Assembly: GCA_001949185.1 (NCBI GenBank)
Contig: BDGG01000002.1
Span: forward strand, 8,236,448-8,300,447
Direction of reading: 5' to 3'
Length of the DNA stretch: 64,000 nucleotides
From: Ramazzottius varieornatus
Taxonomy: Eukaryota; Animalia; Tardigrada
Made by a program: the position numbers and the translations under genes
In this document: one piece after another, positions 13,406 to 26,107 of the stretch
Layout of the letters: every line of letters begins with the position of its first letter
How positions within the stretch are numbered: the stretch's first letter is position 1
Notes under the pieces: model-generated
Seen by the model: only the letters and a program-made list of their open reading frames with translations
The model's database searches: none
What the model was told of the DNA's origin: nothing

Positions 13406-14106
13406 TACACACACCACTAGATGATCCCACCTGTAAAATGAAGAATCTCGGACAGGTAAAGACTTGAGGATGAGGATCCGAGGACAGGTGCAGGATCTAT
13501 CTCTTCGAAACTGTTCCGCGAAAGAGATCGAACTCGAAATAAACGCGTCATTCAGGCCACGCTGGCACTCCTTGCTGGCTGTGACGTCAGTCTGTCTGAA
13601 TGGGTGCAACTGTACATACGGCAGAGCTTGATTGGACCGAAGAGGAACGTGGGTGGGACCTTCATTGTTCCCCATCCATAGTCTGTTTTTAACGCACACA
13701 TTCATCATGTAAAATATCACGCTTTCTCATGCAACTGAGACGCGTCTTTACATGACAGCCATGCTTTTCAGATTTCAGGGGCCATCGATTCTCTCACGAA
13801 CCTGCGTACGAAACATATTTTGATCAGGTCTACGAAATATCGATTGATTACTCGATGTGTTGAATGCACCCTGGTTCTGCCATCTGACGCATATTTTCGC
13901 GCTGCTGAAGTTTTGTCAGAAATCCGGGTTAAGAATTTAAGATTTGGCGGGATCTCTTCAGCCGAGAACGACTAGTCCCAGTGTTCACGTCGTGGTCCAT
14001 ATCAAAAGGAGAGCAACGTTCGCCCAAGCGGTTCTCTCGGTTTAGTTGTAGGCAGTAAACGAGCCATAGAATTTCATCTAAACTAATGTTCCCTTCGAGC
14101 AGAGCC

Positions 14107-17100
14107 ATGGACGTCGTCGTTCCTTCTGAAGACAATCCTTACACGGACAACCTTCCCGATACTTCACCTCTGGAGAAAGCAACGTCGCTTCGAGAAGCTC
14201 TCCATGTTATCGTGCGAGAGACTTCCGATGATAGAAACGGCAAAAGCGTCCTGATCTGCAGCCACCAGAATCGAGAGTTTCGCGTGGCTGTCCCTGCTGA
14301 TCTTTCTCCCCCTCCACACAAAGGCAACCATCTTCTGCTAACCTCTTCTTTAACCTTTCTGGAAGATGGTGACATCGAAGCTTCGGCTGTGCAGTACACC
14401 CGTCAACGTGAAGACATCCTGGTCCGATTGACTGATGCTCACCAAGCTAACAATGGCCAACACTTCGTCTTCGAGAAGAATGCCTGTTGTGATGTCGACG
14501 CCATGCCAGATGATGCTGTCTTGGAAGTTGGGATGTGGTTCAAGGTGGTTCAAGGTGTCCTTGGTGGAGAGTAGGCAGCCTAAGCGGCGGCAATGGCGAG
14601 CTTTTGGAGCGAAACGCGTCCTGGATAACGATATCGATGCTGCTGAAAACGCGTAAGTCAATCAAGCCAATCAAGATGTTCGGTACCACCGGAAGCGAAA
14701 ATTGAGCACTGTGTGACGTCAGAAGCCTATCTTGGTTTGTACTTGGCTCTCTAACGTCATTAACCACATTCTTGTTTTTGAAGCAAATTTGGTCGAATGA
14801 TCGTTTCATTCCGTGTGCGTCCGCGTTTTCGAGATTGTTTCTGCACTGACGAAACGACCGGCTCGACGCTATCCGTAGCTGATAATGCTTTCGGATTTAG
14901 GAATGATTTGGAGGAAGGTATAGCGATGACGCGTCTTTTGGATTTTGGGCAAGTGACGTTTGGCGAGGTCTCAACCAGACCGATAACCATTCAGTGAGTA
15001 CCCTCTTTCTAAGTTACTGGCCAATCCTCTTACGATTGAAGGTTTTCGTGTTGTGTAGAAATGTGGACACTTCCGGTCCTCATACGATGGTGGACCGTTT
15101 ATCGGTGGGAGGCTGTCCGATCAGGTTAATCTCTCCGGTGAATAAATGAACCAAAAGCAAGAGACACCGCCACATAAAATCAGAAGTTTCTTCCTGGCTG
15201 CAGGTGGAGATCTACAATGTTTATTTTGAAGAAATGACACCAGATCGTTTCTATCCTTCCATCGACTTTCATCCCTTCAAAAGCATACGGTACAGTATTC
15301 CACCGATGGTCGTTGTCCAGCTGACTGTTCGAGTGACGGGGGTGACGCTGGGCAAGTTCCGTTGCGCTGTGCGGGCTCACTTTCACGGCCAGTTGAAGAA
15401 AACCTGTGTAGTCACAGTCGATATTGTCGGTAAGGATCCACAGCAAGCTCAGGTAGTTCCTGTTGAGACGGTCAACATATCGACAACGTTTATGCGGGGT
15501 ATTCGCATGAGGTTCCAACGACGGTGCGAAGAAGCGGAACGATTGACGAGCCTGGTGGAATCGGCCAAGAAGGATGGCATCGTTCCTGGACCTTCTAGAA
15601 TTTTGTAAGTCACTTTAGAAAACACCGTGTTTGATTTGGATTGTTTATACCAATGGAGGGAACCTTTTTCCCGTCGCCGTGTGATACAGTATTTCGCCCG
15701 TTTTCAAAAATGGCCATGTCAAGGCCGTGCTCGACACAAACTTGACATACCTATCGTAGAAAAACGGCAGAGTCAAATCCCTTGCCCAAAATATAGTTTC
15801 GCCCCACGGCTGATTCACACATCTCATTCTCCTTGTCGTTTGTGTCCGCAGGCATTTGGACGAGAAGCGTTCAGAACGTCGTCGCGCGTTATTGCAAAAT
15901 CCCTTTTCGATTCCGGAAGACCTTCGGGCCTTCCTCAACACCTCCGACGTGACTCTGGAAGGTCTTCTGGCCAAGTATCCCGCTTTGTCCCGGCCTCTAG
16001 ACGCTGACAATTACGACCAGCAATTCCATCTCTTGCTGTACCTGGAGGAACACCAGGAAGCCCTTGACGTTCGTCAGTTCGACATGATATCCGTAAGTTC
16101 TCTTCCCACTAAGTTTGAAAAGCCGGCAATCAGTCTCGCGAGGATTGCTGTCTCAAGTGGCGCATATTTCTGGCCAGTAACGTGTACAACTGCGCCACTT
16201 GAGATGACGAACATCCCGGGATTGGTTTGTGGACCTCTGGTTTTTCCCTCTGTCGTAATTTACTTGTTGATGGCAGAAACTGTGTCCATGTCCGTAGAGC
16301 GAGATGGAACGTCAGGACGATGGGCAGTTTAAGCTGAAGATGTACAATCTGCAAGAACACCGTCCGTCGTTGGTCAGAGGCGATCTGGTGTCAGTGCGAG
16401 GCTTGGCTGACTTGGATGGACCACGCTTTCACGGGCGTATCAACTCGGTAACCTAACAGTTTTCTTTGCTGTCCTTGATTTTAGCATCGACAACTCTATG
16501 TTTCATGACCATTGCTTTTTTATACTATGGGTGGAAATGGACTGCGTGAAGTTTGCTTGCGATCCGAGGTTCTACGAGTATTACCACAAGTACTCCACCT
16601 GGGACTTTGCTTTCATGCTGAATCGAAACACCTATAAAGAGCTCCATGTAAGTGTTTCATCTGAATCGCAATTCATTGTAAGAATATTCTACAGCAGTTC
16701 GCTGTTTTAGGAGATGATCAACTTTGCCAAGCGCAATATCAGCAAACGCCTGTTGTTTCCCGATGTCCTTCATCGTGACAGTTGCGCCAACCGTGTGACT
16801 GCTAACCTTGCTGGTGCGTCGAGGGATAGAGTCTTTCTTCTGCCTTTCGCAATTCTTCTGCTCAGGGACTTTTAGTGGGGTCACTAAGCTGTATATTTGA
16901 CAGAGGTCGAGCCGATCAAGTTTTGCAACGACAGTTTAAACCAGGCGCAACGAAACGCTGTGCGGATGGTCGTGACGGGCAAATGCCAACCTCTGGCTCA
17001 TGTCTTGGTCGGTTCACCCGGTGACTTAATATTCAGGTCCAGGTGCCGGTTGGTCATTACATCTAAAAGAAGAAGCTCCGTGTTCTGTGTTGCAGGCACG

Positions 17101-19865
17101 GGCAAGACGGTGATAGGGGTGGAAATCATCCTTCAGATCTTCTTAACCTCCCCCAAAGGCCGTATCCTCGTCTTTGCCCCGTCCAACGCCGGGGTGGACC
17201 TCATCGGGGAAACGCTGATGCAGAGTAACAAAGTACCTACTAACGCTCTTCGGCGTCTTCTCGGTAAGGAATCAACAGTCGTCAACGATAAGAACAACTT
17301 TAATTTATGGGTGAGGTTATTATCACCCAGTAAAACCCAGAAAGGTATTGGCACTCACTGGAATTATGGGTGAAACCCACTTAAGTTTTTGTCACCCAGT
17401 GAAATTTCAGTTTTTTCAGAGGTTACCGCACACCCCGAAAAGTTACTGCCACCCAGTTTTTATTGGTCTCAGTCTGCTGGGAAGACTCCACACAAAAGGG
17501 TGGCAGTAACGCTAGTGGGTGTGGTCGTGTAAATAGTCTTAATTAATTCTCAATTTCACTGGGTGACAATAACTAAGTGGGTTTTGGTTATGAATTTAGG
17601 TAGGTGACAATAACCTACGAGGAGACAATAACCATTTCCTTAATTTACAGCTTAGACAATTCTAAGTTGGACGTGCTGTGTTCCATCTGAAATGGAGGAG
17701 ATCGAAATTTGTTTTCAGGCTTTTCTCGAAACCCGGAGCATATTCCCGACAGCTTGGCTGCATCGGTCCAGACGGGCTGTGAGGAGAAGCTGGACGACGA
17801 ATGTCGCATCATCCTGACGATGTGTCTGGGGGCGGCCTTCCTTTTCCAGCTGGTTCATGATTTCACCCACATCGTCATGGACGAAGCCGGCTTCTGCACC
17901 GAACCGGAAGCCTTGATGCCCTTGGCTGCTGCAGCTGGCCGGCCCGACGTCCAAGTCGTCCTGGCGGGAGACCCCAACCAACTGGGACCGGTCATCTTTT
18001 CACCTTTCGCCAAAGAACTCGGCCTTGCGGTATGATAGATAAAACTAAAGTCCAGATGAATATTGTATGGAAAAACTCGAAAATCCATCATGAACAGATC
18101 TTTTATCCAAGAGCGCACACTCTCATTGATATTGACTAGGAGCTTGCGCCACTTGGGAAAGCGATCTGGGTTGAGTTTCCAAGTGGCGCACGTTTTCTGT
18201 GATTGGCTGGAACCGTGCTGCAGTCCAAATAAAGATTTTATCGGCTTTAATTTGCCGAGCTTCCAGTCACGTACTGATTTTATTTTCCACGTAGAAATCG
18301 CTGATGTGTCGACTGCTGGAGCTGCCAGCTTATCGAGAGGGAACAAAGTACTGCCCGTTCGTGGTCCGTAAGCTAGACATCAGTTACCGCGCTGTGCCTG
18401 CCTTGCTGAAGATCCCCTCCCAGCTCTTCTACGACGAGGAACTGAAGTCTAGTCTAGAAGATTCTGAGTAAGCTAGGTTTCCGCTGGTCGATCAAGTGAC
18501 GTGCTGAATAATATTTTGAATGGTCTCTACAGGAATGTGTATGCTGAACGTCTGGGTACATCACCGTTAACGTTCTGGCCGGTCAAGTCCCAAGAGTTCC
18601 GCGAAAGCCGCAGCTCGTCCATCTACAACCCTGGGCAAGTCTCCGCCGTCACGACACTGCTGAAGAGCTTGGTGGCGGTGGGACTTGAACCGCAAGACAT
18701 CGGCATCATTACACCCTACCGTCTTCAGGTATTTCCATCCTTCTCCCTAAAAAAATGATGCGGTTTCTCGCTTGTTCACATCGTTTAACAGACTGGCTTT
18801 TTGTGCTTCGAAATATTAGCAGAGAAAGGGCATATGGTGGATGAGCGGGTTGCTGTGAGAAGCTAGAGTTCTATTCAGATGCTCCATATCTTGGTTTGGT
18901 ACGGGCATACAGAAACCGGGCATTTGAGAGCATTGTACATCGTTATGAGAAGTCTGATTTTTATTTAAACATGGCGACTTTCTGTTCGGTACGGGGAAAC
19001 AAAAACCGGACCATTGCTGATTGTCTCGATTATTGAACAGCGCCCAGTTTCTATTTTCTGAAAGTAAAATTCTCTCTTGTAGTTCTGTTTGTTCTATTGA
19101 AGGTGAGCAAGATTCGCGATGGAGTGAGCAAAGAGTTTCTGGACGAAGAGGGAAAGTTGAAGATCGGGACGGTGGACGAGTTTCAAGGGCAGGAGAAGAA
19201 GGCCATCATCCTGAGCACCGTTCGAGCTCGCAAACGGCAGGACAATGACGACGAGGAAGCGCCCATCAAAAGTCTGCTGGGCTTTGTGGCCTGTCCCAAG
19301 CGCATCAACGTCGCACTGACCCGCGCCAAGTTTTTCATGATCATCATTGGTGATCCCATCTCCTCGCTGTGGTTGGTCTTTCTGAATCTTTGTTCAAGTA
19401 GAAGGACAGGTACGAAATCGTCTGTGTGAAGTGGCGCACGTTATCATTGTTACTGACCGGAAGCCTGCGCCACTGTTGATAGCGATCTTGTCGAGTGCTC
19501 AAGAGGCGCACTGTTTCGTGGTGATTGGTTGCAAGCGTGCGCCACTTGGTATGACGATCTTGTACATCTAATCTTGTACATCTACCCTACCGGCCTCCCA
19601 ACTAACACCGGGTGGAAAAAAGTCATCCATCATTCTTGTCTTGAAGGATAAACACTGGCGAAGCAGTCTGCGCTACTGCGTGGCCAAGGACTTGTACCAG
19701 ACGGATGTCTACAACGGTAAGCAGTACCCGCCACCGTCAAGCGTTCAGGGAAAGAGCAAGCAACAGAGAAAGCGCAATTGTTTTCGCGAACCTGACGAAG
19801 AACCACCGGTTCCTGTCGTGTCGTCTCTGCAGCAAGTACCTCTTATACAGTCTCCTCATGATTGA
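14107..19865 (+). CDS. MOV10: MOV10/Armitage/SDE3-like SF1 RNA helicase; carries apparent lesions, so possibly a pseudogene or assembly error
   Basis: Motifs across exons: LLLYLEE..FDM, RPSLVRGD, LNQAQRNAV, Walker A GSPG|TGKT, APSNAGVD, MDEAG, LAGDPNQLGP, SYR..P.LL..PSQLFYDEEL, IGIITPYRLQ, GTVDEFQGQE, RINVALTRAK. A 10-bp tandem duplication at 14535-14554 shifts the frame, and the homology-implied acceptor at 16530 reads GG rather than AG. Confidence 0.8.
16121..16235. repeat. IPE 9, single unit
   Basis: In helicase intron 16093-16297; TCTCAAGTGGCGCA..TGCGCCACTTGAGA; core 16157-16198. Confidence 0.88.
17310..17620. repeat. Palindromic MITE-like insertion in a helicase intron (distinct family)
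   Basis: TGTCACCCAGTGAAATT (~17390) vs AATTTCACTGGGTGACA (~17552); AGGTTATTATCACCCA (~17314) vs TAGGTGACAATAACCT (~17601); ends approximate. Confidence 0.65.
18074..18261. repeat. IPE 10, double unit
   Basis: In helicase intron 18030-18294; core 18111-18152 and second left arm at 18183 (right arm decayed). Confidence 0.8.
19405..19595. repeat. IPE 11, double unit
   Basis: In last helicase intron; cores 19431-19473 and 19503-19545. Confidence 0.88.
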
Positions 19866-20387
19866 GCTGTTCAGCGATTAGGCTCGATACCAGTGAACTG
19901 TTTCCCGGTTGAACAACTCCTGTTTTACATTTATTTTGTTTGAATTGGTGCGATGAAAATATTTTTCTGTTTTAAAAATTTACATTATTGTCTTTGTTTT
20001 TGCTTTTTCTCAGTATTTCGGTTTGCTGACCGAAGATGCCTTTCATCGACCGAAGTCACTCTTTGATGTTTTAGCGGGTCGTCATGGAAGATAACCACGT
20101 TAAACTGAAAAATGATTGAAAATGCGTCTTACTTCAGCAATCCAGGTCTGACAAACGCCAAAATCGATCGTTGCCAAGGTCAGACAAAAGTTAGAAGAAG
20201 TAACGGAGGATTGAAACCAGCTTGGAAGTGACATCATCCAGAAGTCCGGTAAGCCCGCTCTGACTTTCATCGGATATTCCGACGGAATTTTTCCTTAGAT
20301 ATTTTTGTTGCTGCATTTTACCATTGGGAATATTTTTTATTGTTCAGCATACTTTTTGAGGATCTCGGGTGATGATGAATTGGGCAT

Positions 20388-23300
20388 ATGATGAATCCCT
20401 TCAAAAATGTCTTTCGCTCCAAGAGTAAGTCCAGTCATCAGTCGGCACATTACAATGTGGTTCCCTGAACGCCTGTACTTTCTGTCTTGTCGTTGCAGAA
20501 GCAAAGTCGCTTGATTTACTGTCCAATTTTGTACGGGCGTCAAAGAGCACATCCAGTATCAGTGTAGAAACTGTCGACTTGGACGCAAATGCCGGCACAG
20601 AAGCCTCAGAATGGGACACGGAAGTAAGGGCAGCTTGAGAATGATACTCTCCTGTTTTGATTCTGAGTGAATTTACCTTCAACCATCCAACTCAAAATAT
20701 TGAAGGTTGAGGATGGTAAAACTTTCGAGAAGGAAGATGACCTCGTCAGGGAAGAGGAGGAAGAAACACGTGGTCTGGTGCCGCCGGATGTCGAGCCCAA
20801 CTGGTCCGCTCTGCCGCTGTTTACCTTCAGCCGCGAGGTCTACGAAGCGCAACATACCGGCAACGCCCTTATCCAGCCCTATGGTAACCTCGTTCTAGTC
20901 GTCGTCGCCGACCTCCATCGCGTCCTCAGTCTCAAGCTACCACGCTATATCGTGGCTTTGATGAGCAACTACCGCTACCTCAATGGCACTTCCGGCAACG
21001 TCGCACAAGTCCAGCAGATGGACCTCTACCTCAGCAATGTCCAGGTACAGTACAAAATCTAACCACCGTTTCGATGTACTGTTCATCTGTCGCTTGAGTC
21101 TTTTCAGCAAGCTTTTGCTTCTATATTGCACCTTGTTGATCCGGTTCAGAAACCGATTTAGATTTCTAATCTCATTCATTAATTCAAGATGTCGGCGTAC
21201 GATTTCACTCAGATCGTAACTGTAGGTGGCGCGCAGTTTCATTGCTGTCGTGAAAGAGGTGCGCCACTTGGGAGAACGATCTGATCGAGGTTGTCTTTTC
21301 TTTCAAGTGGCGCACATTCACATGGTTATTGTCCGACAGTGCGCACCACTTGAGAAAGCCATCTGGCTGAATTGTTTCGCCGACGGCCCAAATACGTTTT
21401 ATTTCAGTTTCGTCAGTGTTTATTTAATTTAGCAAGTTTTTTGCAGGAGTACTTGGACATTATTGGCAACCTCGAAGCATTCGAGTATCAAAAGATGTTG
21501 TACAACTGCTGCAAAGCCATTTCTGTCCTAGCCAGTATTCTCGAACTGTGCGCAGTTCACGCTTCGCAGGATATTTTCTTCCTGTCTTTTCAACAGCAAA
21601 GCATTGCTGCCTTCGGTGTGCAGTACCTGTGCGAGTTCAACGTCCAGATTGAGTACCTGGAATACCTTCTACCAGATGCCGATAGACAAGACCGAGACTA
21701 CCCCAACCCCGAAGTCGACTTGGCCGATACGCCGACACAAACCGAGACGATGCTGCCTGTCATTGTCGAAGAACCGAAAGTGGTTAGCGCCCATGTTCAA
21801 ACTGATAACGATTTTGACTTGGTGAGACCATCGTCAAAACTGCCGCCATCGTTTCCTGCTGAAATCTTCATCGACCTGGCAAACGATACAGTCCACACCC
21901 ACGCGACAGTTTTCGATGCGGTGCTGGATGATTACACCACCAGTATCGTTCGAAAGCTGTCGGAGATACAAGGGCGAATTCGGCGGATCGATGATGCGAA
22001 AGAGCGTGTATGTCGTGAAGTGTTGCAGAAGGATATCTACCTTCGTCGTTTACTACAAGAACTTGTCACTCGTGATGCTGATCTGTCAACCATCGAGAAC
22101 GAGAAATCGCTACTGCAGCGTCGTTTTGTCGATCTGCAGACGAGTAATGATAAGCTGAACGAAGAGAAAGAAGGCTTAATGGCCGACCTCTCCTATTATA
22201 CCATGCTGGCCGAACAAAAGACCCACTTGATCGGCGAGCTTTCGGAGCAGATATGTGGACTTGAAGAACGTAACACAAAAATGAACGAAGAGCGGTCCAG
22301 TCTGGCCGGCGATTTTTCCGAGTTAATACAGAAGACTGAAGAACGGTGTGAAGAACTAACGGGCCAGAACGAACAATTACGGGAGAAAATTAGCCTTCTT
22401 GAAGAAGAAGTCGGCGAAAACAAAGAAAAGCTCTACCATCTTGAAAGTGTGGTGGAGGAAGTGAAGGAACAGAAAGAACAAGGAAGGACTTTGGAAGGGC
22501 GGATCGGTACCTTGCAAGCTGATTTGCACAACCAGGGACAGACGCTGCTGTTGTCACAACAGGAGAACGCCACTCTGCTTTCAAGATGCGCGACTTTGGA
22601 AAGTGGCGGAAACAGCCAGCATGCCATTGCTTTGGCTGTGAGGAGGAAGGATGAGTTGCTGAGAAAGCTGCAAGCTGCATTGGCTGCTGCCATTGCCGAC
22701 GGTATCTTTGAACTACTGAATACCCCGCTTGACTGACGCGAAGCTCTGCACGAGTTACGCCGGGCAGTCTATAATGGGACGTCGACAGACGAGTTTATGC
22801 AGACCGTTTTCCAGGTGGCGCACACTCTCAGCCAATAGTAATGAGAACGTGCGCCACTTGAACTAACGGTCTGGGTGATTTGCCAACGTCGCATGTCGGT
22901 CTCCCGTTTTCCGCGTTTCGGACTTATCATCTTTCCTTTCTGCAGGTAATGAGATGCGCTCGGATATTTGCAAGTTGAAAAAGCAACGCAAAACTTTCAG
23001 CCATACCCTCAAAACAAACGAAGATACTATGCAGAATTTGCAGAGAAACGTCGACAACCTGCAGACCAACGTCAAGCAGAAAGATGCGACCATCAACCAG
23101 TTGGAGCAGTTCATTCGGTGCCAAGCGCAGGAACTGACCACCGTTCTGCAGCGTGTCGATTTGAAGGAAGATGCCATCGCGGCAATGCAGGCTAAAGTTG
23201 AACAATCGAGGAACCAGATTGGGTCGCTGCAGTCAACACAAAAGGCTCTAGAGGACAATATCGACGAGATACTGCAACAGCTGAACAGTGTACAAAACGA

Positions 23301-26107
23301 CAAAGAGCACGCTGAAACTTTGGTCCGAGATTTGACGAACCGCAACGCGATGTTGAAGGAAGACCTCGCAGACATGACGACTGAATGTGACGACCTCCGA
23401 CACCGACAAGTTGAGCCGCTAATAGAGCTCGGCAAAAATACAGCCGAGTTGGATGACGCTCGAGGCCAGATCGAAAGGCTACAAAGAGAAGTGCGGACCC
23501 TACAGGAGACCCGTGACTGGCAGCAGACTGTTCGGCTACCCGTAAACGCAGCATGGGCTGAAACGCAGACCGACAACGTTGAGGAAAGGGAGTACACTAG
23601 CTTGTCGACTCAGACGGACGATGTCAACCCGGAAGCACAAGTGGTGAAAGTCGTTAGCCATCACCGTCTCGAAACAGGCGAGAACGATCGCATCAAGTAC
23701 TTGGAAGCTCAGTTGGAAGAAGGACGGAATGTACTACGCGCCACTGAATACGGAAAGGTTTGTGAGGCGCTCATCATAAAGACAATGACCATAAAATAAC
23801 TAATTAGTCAAGATGAAAGAATAGAAACAGTGGCTTGCAAAAATGAGACGGAATAGCTGAAACAGACTGGCTTGTAATTTAACTGGAAATAATCATGGTA
23901 TTAATAGCTTGCTTCGTTTTGCAGGAGTGTTTGGCCTTGAAAGTATCGGGTCTTCAGACCGACAACAGAGCTTGCGAAGCCCGCATCAAAGAACTGGAGA
24001 CCACACTTTCCACCACCCTGACCACTCACGCTGAGGAGACCAAGTCTCTACAAGGAGATTTTCAAGCCAAGCTGTACGACGCGCGTTGTCGGTTGGCCCA
24101 GAAAGGCCAGGAACTTGAGTTCTGCCGAGTCAATGCCGACAAGCTTATCCAGCGCACCGAAGAACTCTCCACCGACCTCTCTCGCTGCATCACTACCAAG
24201 AATCAAGCCGAACAACGCTTGATCCTTCTGAAAGACCAGGCTTCTCGCGAAGTCGACGAGCTGGAACTGCAGATCAAGGATTTACGAGCTCGGGAGGAAC
24301 AGCGCGCCGCACAGTTCGATCATAAGCAAACGTCGACTGATCAGACGCAGTCCCAAGTTTCATTAGTCCAGACTTCGATCAGCTTCGAATATGGTTACGA
24401 TCTGGAATCGGGTGCTAGGTTACGCGGTGACAATCTTTACGTCATGTCGAACTGCCACAAAGAAGCTCAAACTGTCCCTGAAGCGAACACACTCGACTCC
24501 GTTGTACAAGTCAACCCACTGACTGCTGCGGGTTTAACCCAGACTAATGTCGAGAACCGTGGGTTCGCTTCGCAGACAGACGAAGCGGATATCGTGACTC
24601 GGAGGGTCAGTGCTGCCCAGACGGAGGAAGTGGATGCTGACACACGGTACACGCAAACCAACGAGGTGGAGACTACCAGTGTGCTGTGTCAGACGGTTGA
24701 TGAGACCGATGTGGCTGGGCCGAAAGCTTACTCGCTAGACCTGCTCAAGCTTACTCCTTCGCTGCTCGATATTGACAACCTTATCTCGGGGAAACCTTCC
24801 GTCGGTCAGGACCTGAATGTCGTGCAGCCACAAGCTAGTTTCAGTTGGCCTGTAGCGTCTGCAGTACCTCAGATGGCTTCTTCCTCGCTTTCGGCTATTG
24901 GTCAACCCTCCGCACTAAGCGTGCTGGCGAACACAAAGGACAACCTTCACGAGTTTGGAGACTATAAACGGCTGAAAAGACGCAGTCCAGCATAGCTGAA
25001 TTCAAGGAGATAAGGTCCGGGAAAGATGACGAAAAGATCGATGTGGCGACCTCGGTTGCTTCTTTCAAGTTACGCACGCCGTCACGAAGGTCTCTAGCCC
25101 GTAACAGAAAAGCCAAGAACTCCGTTAAAAGAAGCCAGAAGAGAAAGGAAATCCCGGTGTTACCGCCCACAGTACCTCGGAAAACTGAGCTCTGGTCGGC
25201 TGCTTCGGATTCCGTCAGCCTTAGTGCAATCAGTCGGGTTTCAAGCTGCAATCTGAGCATAACCAACACCGAACGAAGTACGCCGGTTTCGGCCACCGTA
25301 GAAGCAAAGTGCATACCCGTGCTGCAGTCACAGCCGAAAGGACCGAAGCCGATGCCGAAAAGGTTGGATGAGGTCAAAAGTGAGCCGACAATTTCGTCCG
25401 AATCTAGTTTACACGATATTTGCCAGTTTCTCTACGACATCATGTCCAAGGACCTCACTACTCGTCACATTCTGATTGATATCAGCAACGGCCTGGATTA
25501 CACCCTGAAGGATGAAATCTTCGATCGGCAGTTCACACAGAAATTTCTACGTGCTTATGACAAGCACCATATTGTACGGACTCTTTTACATCAACAAGGA
25601 AGTGCCATTGGGAATGCTGAAGAACTTATTCAGAAACTAAAAACTGTCAGTGCGCCTCCAAAAGCCTCTATACTAAAATATCCAGGAAAATTCCAGCGAA
25701 GAAACCATCCGGATATTTCGGAAGAACTGAAGCGGTTCTTCCGACAGTTTGTTTCCAACGAGGAATTGGGTCCGCTTGAAGACATCAACAGTTTCTTCGC
25801 CCACTGCTTCGTCTTACTTTCGCCGGCCTCGAAGAACTTAAGGAAGACCTTTCACGACTCGTGCAAAATAATATCAAGGATGCCTTATGATGAAAGACAT
25901 GTGGCCTTTGCCAGTTTGGCTTTGAGGTTTTCTGTCAGATCTCACAAAATGCGTGACATTGTTAACTACGAAACAGGACGTGATCCTGAACAAACGTTTC
26001 AGAAATACCGTTTAGCTTTAGATAGAAGAAAACAGTGTACCGCTCTTGATTACCTACCTTCGCACACTTTTTTCGGCAGTTTATTCGGGATGAAAGTTTC
26101 AAACTGA
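20388..26107 (+). CDS. Large uncharacterised coiled-coil protein with multiple TQT-type motifs
   Basis: In-frame exons approx 20388-20424, 20499-20623, 20707-21044, 21447-22701, 22946-23757, 23925-24995, then a 354-aa ORF (25043-26107) in another frame that is open from ~24968. Long E/K/Q/L heptad-rich stretches. Whether the last ORF belongs to the same protein is uncertain. Confidence 0.6.
21190..21385. repeat. IPE 12, double unit
   Basis: In coiled-coil gene intron 21045-21446; ends GTCGGCG/CGCCGAC; cores 21226-21267 and 21307-21349. Confidence 0.88.
22780..22890. repeat. IPE 13, single unit
   Basis: In intron 22702-22945; CAGACCGTT..CAGGTGGCGCAC-25nt-GTGCGCCACTTG..AACGGTCTG; core 22815-22857. 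Confidence 0.9.

Noticed and set aside
218-25377. Long antisense and alternative-frame ORFs overlapping real exons (e.g. 4818-5435, 22863-23597)
   Set aside because: Expected shadows of GC-balanced coding sequence; no independent motifs.
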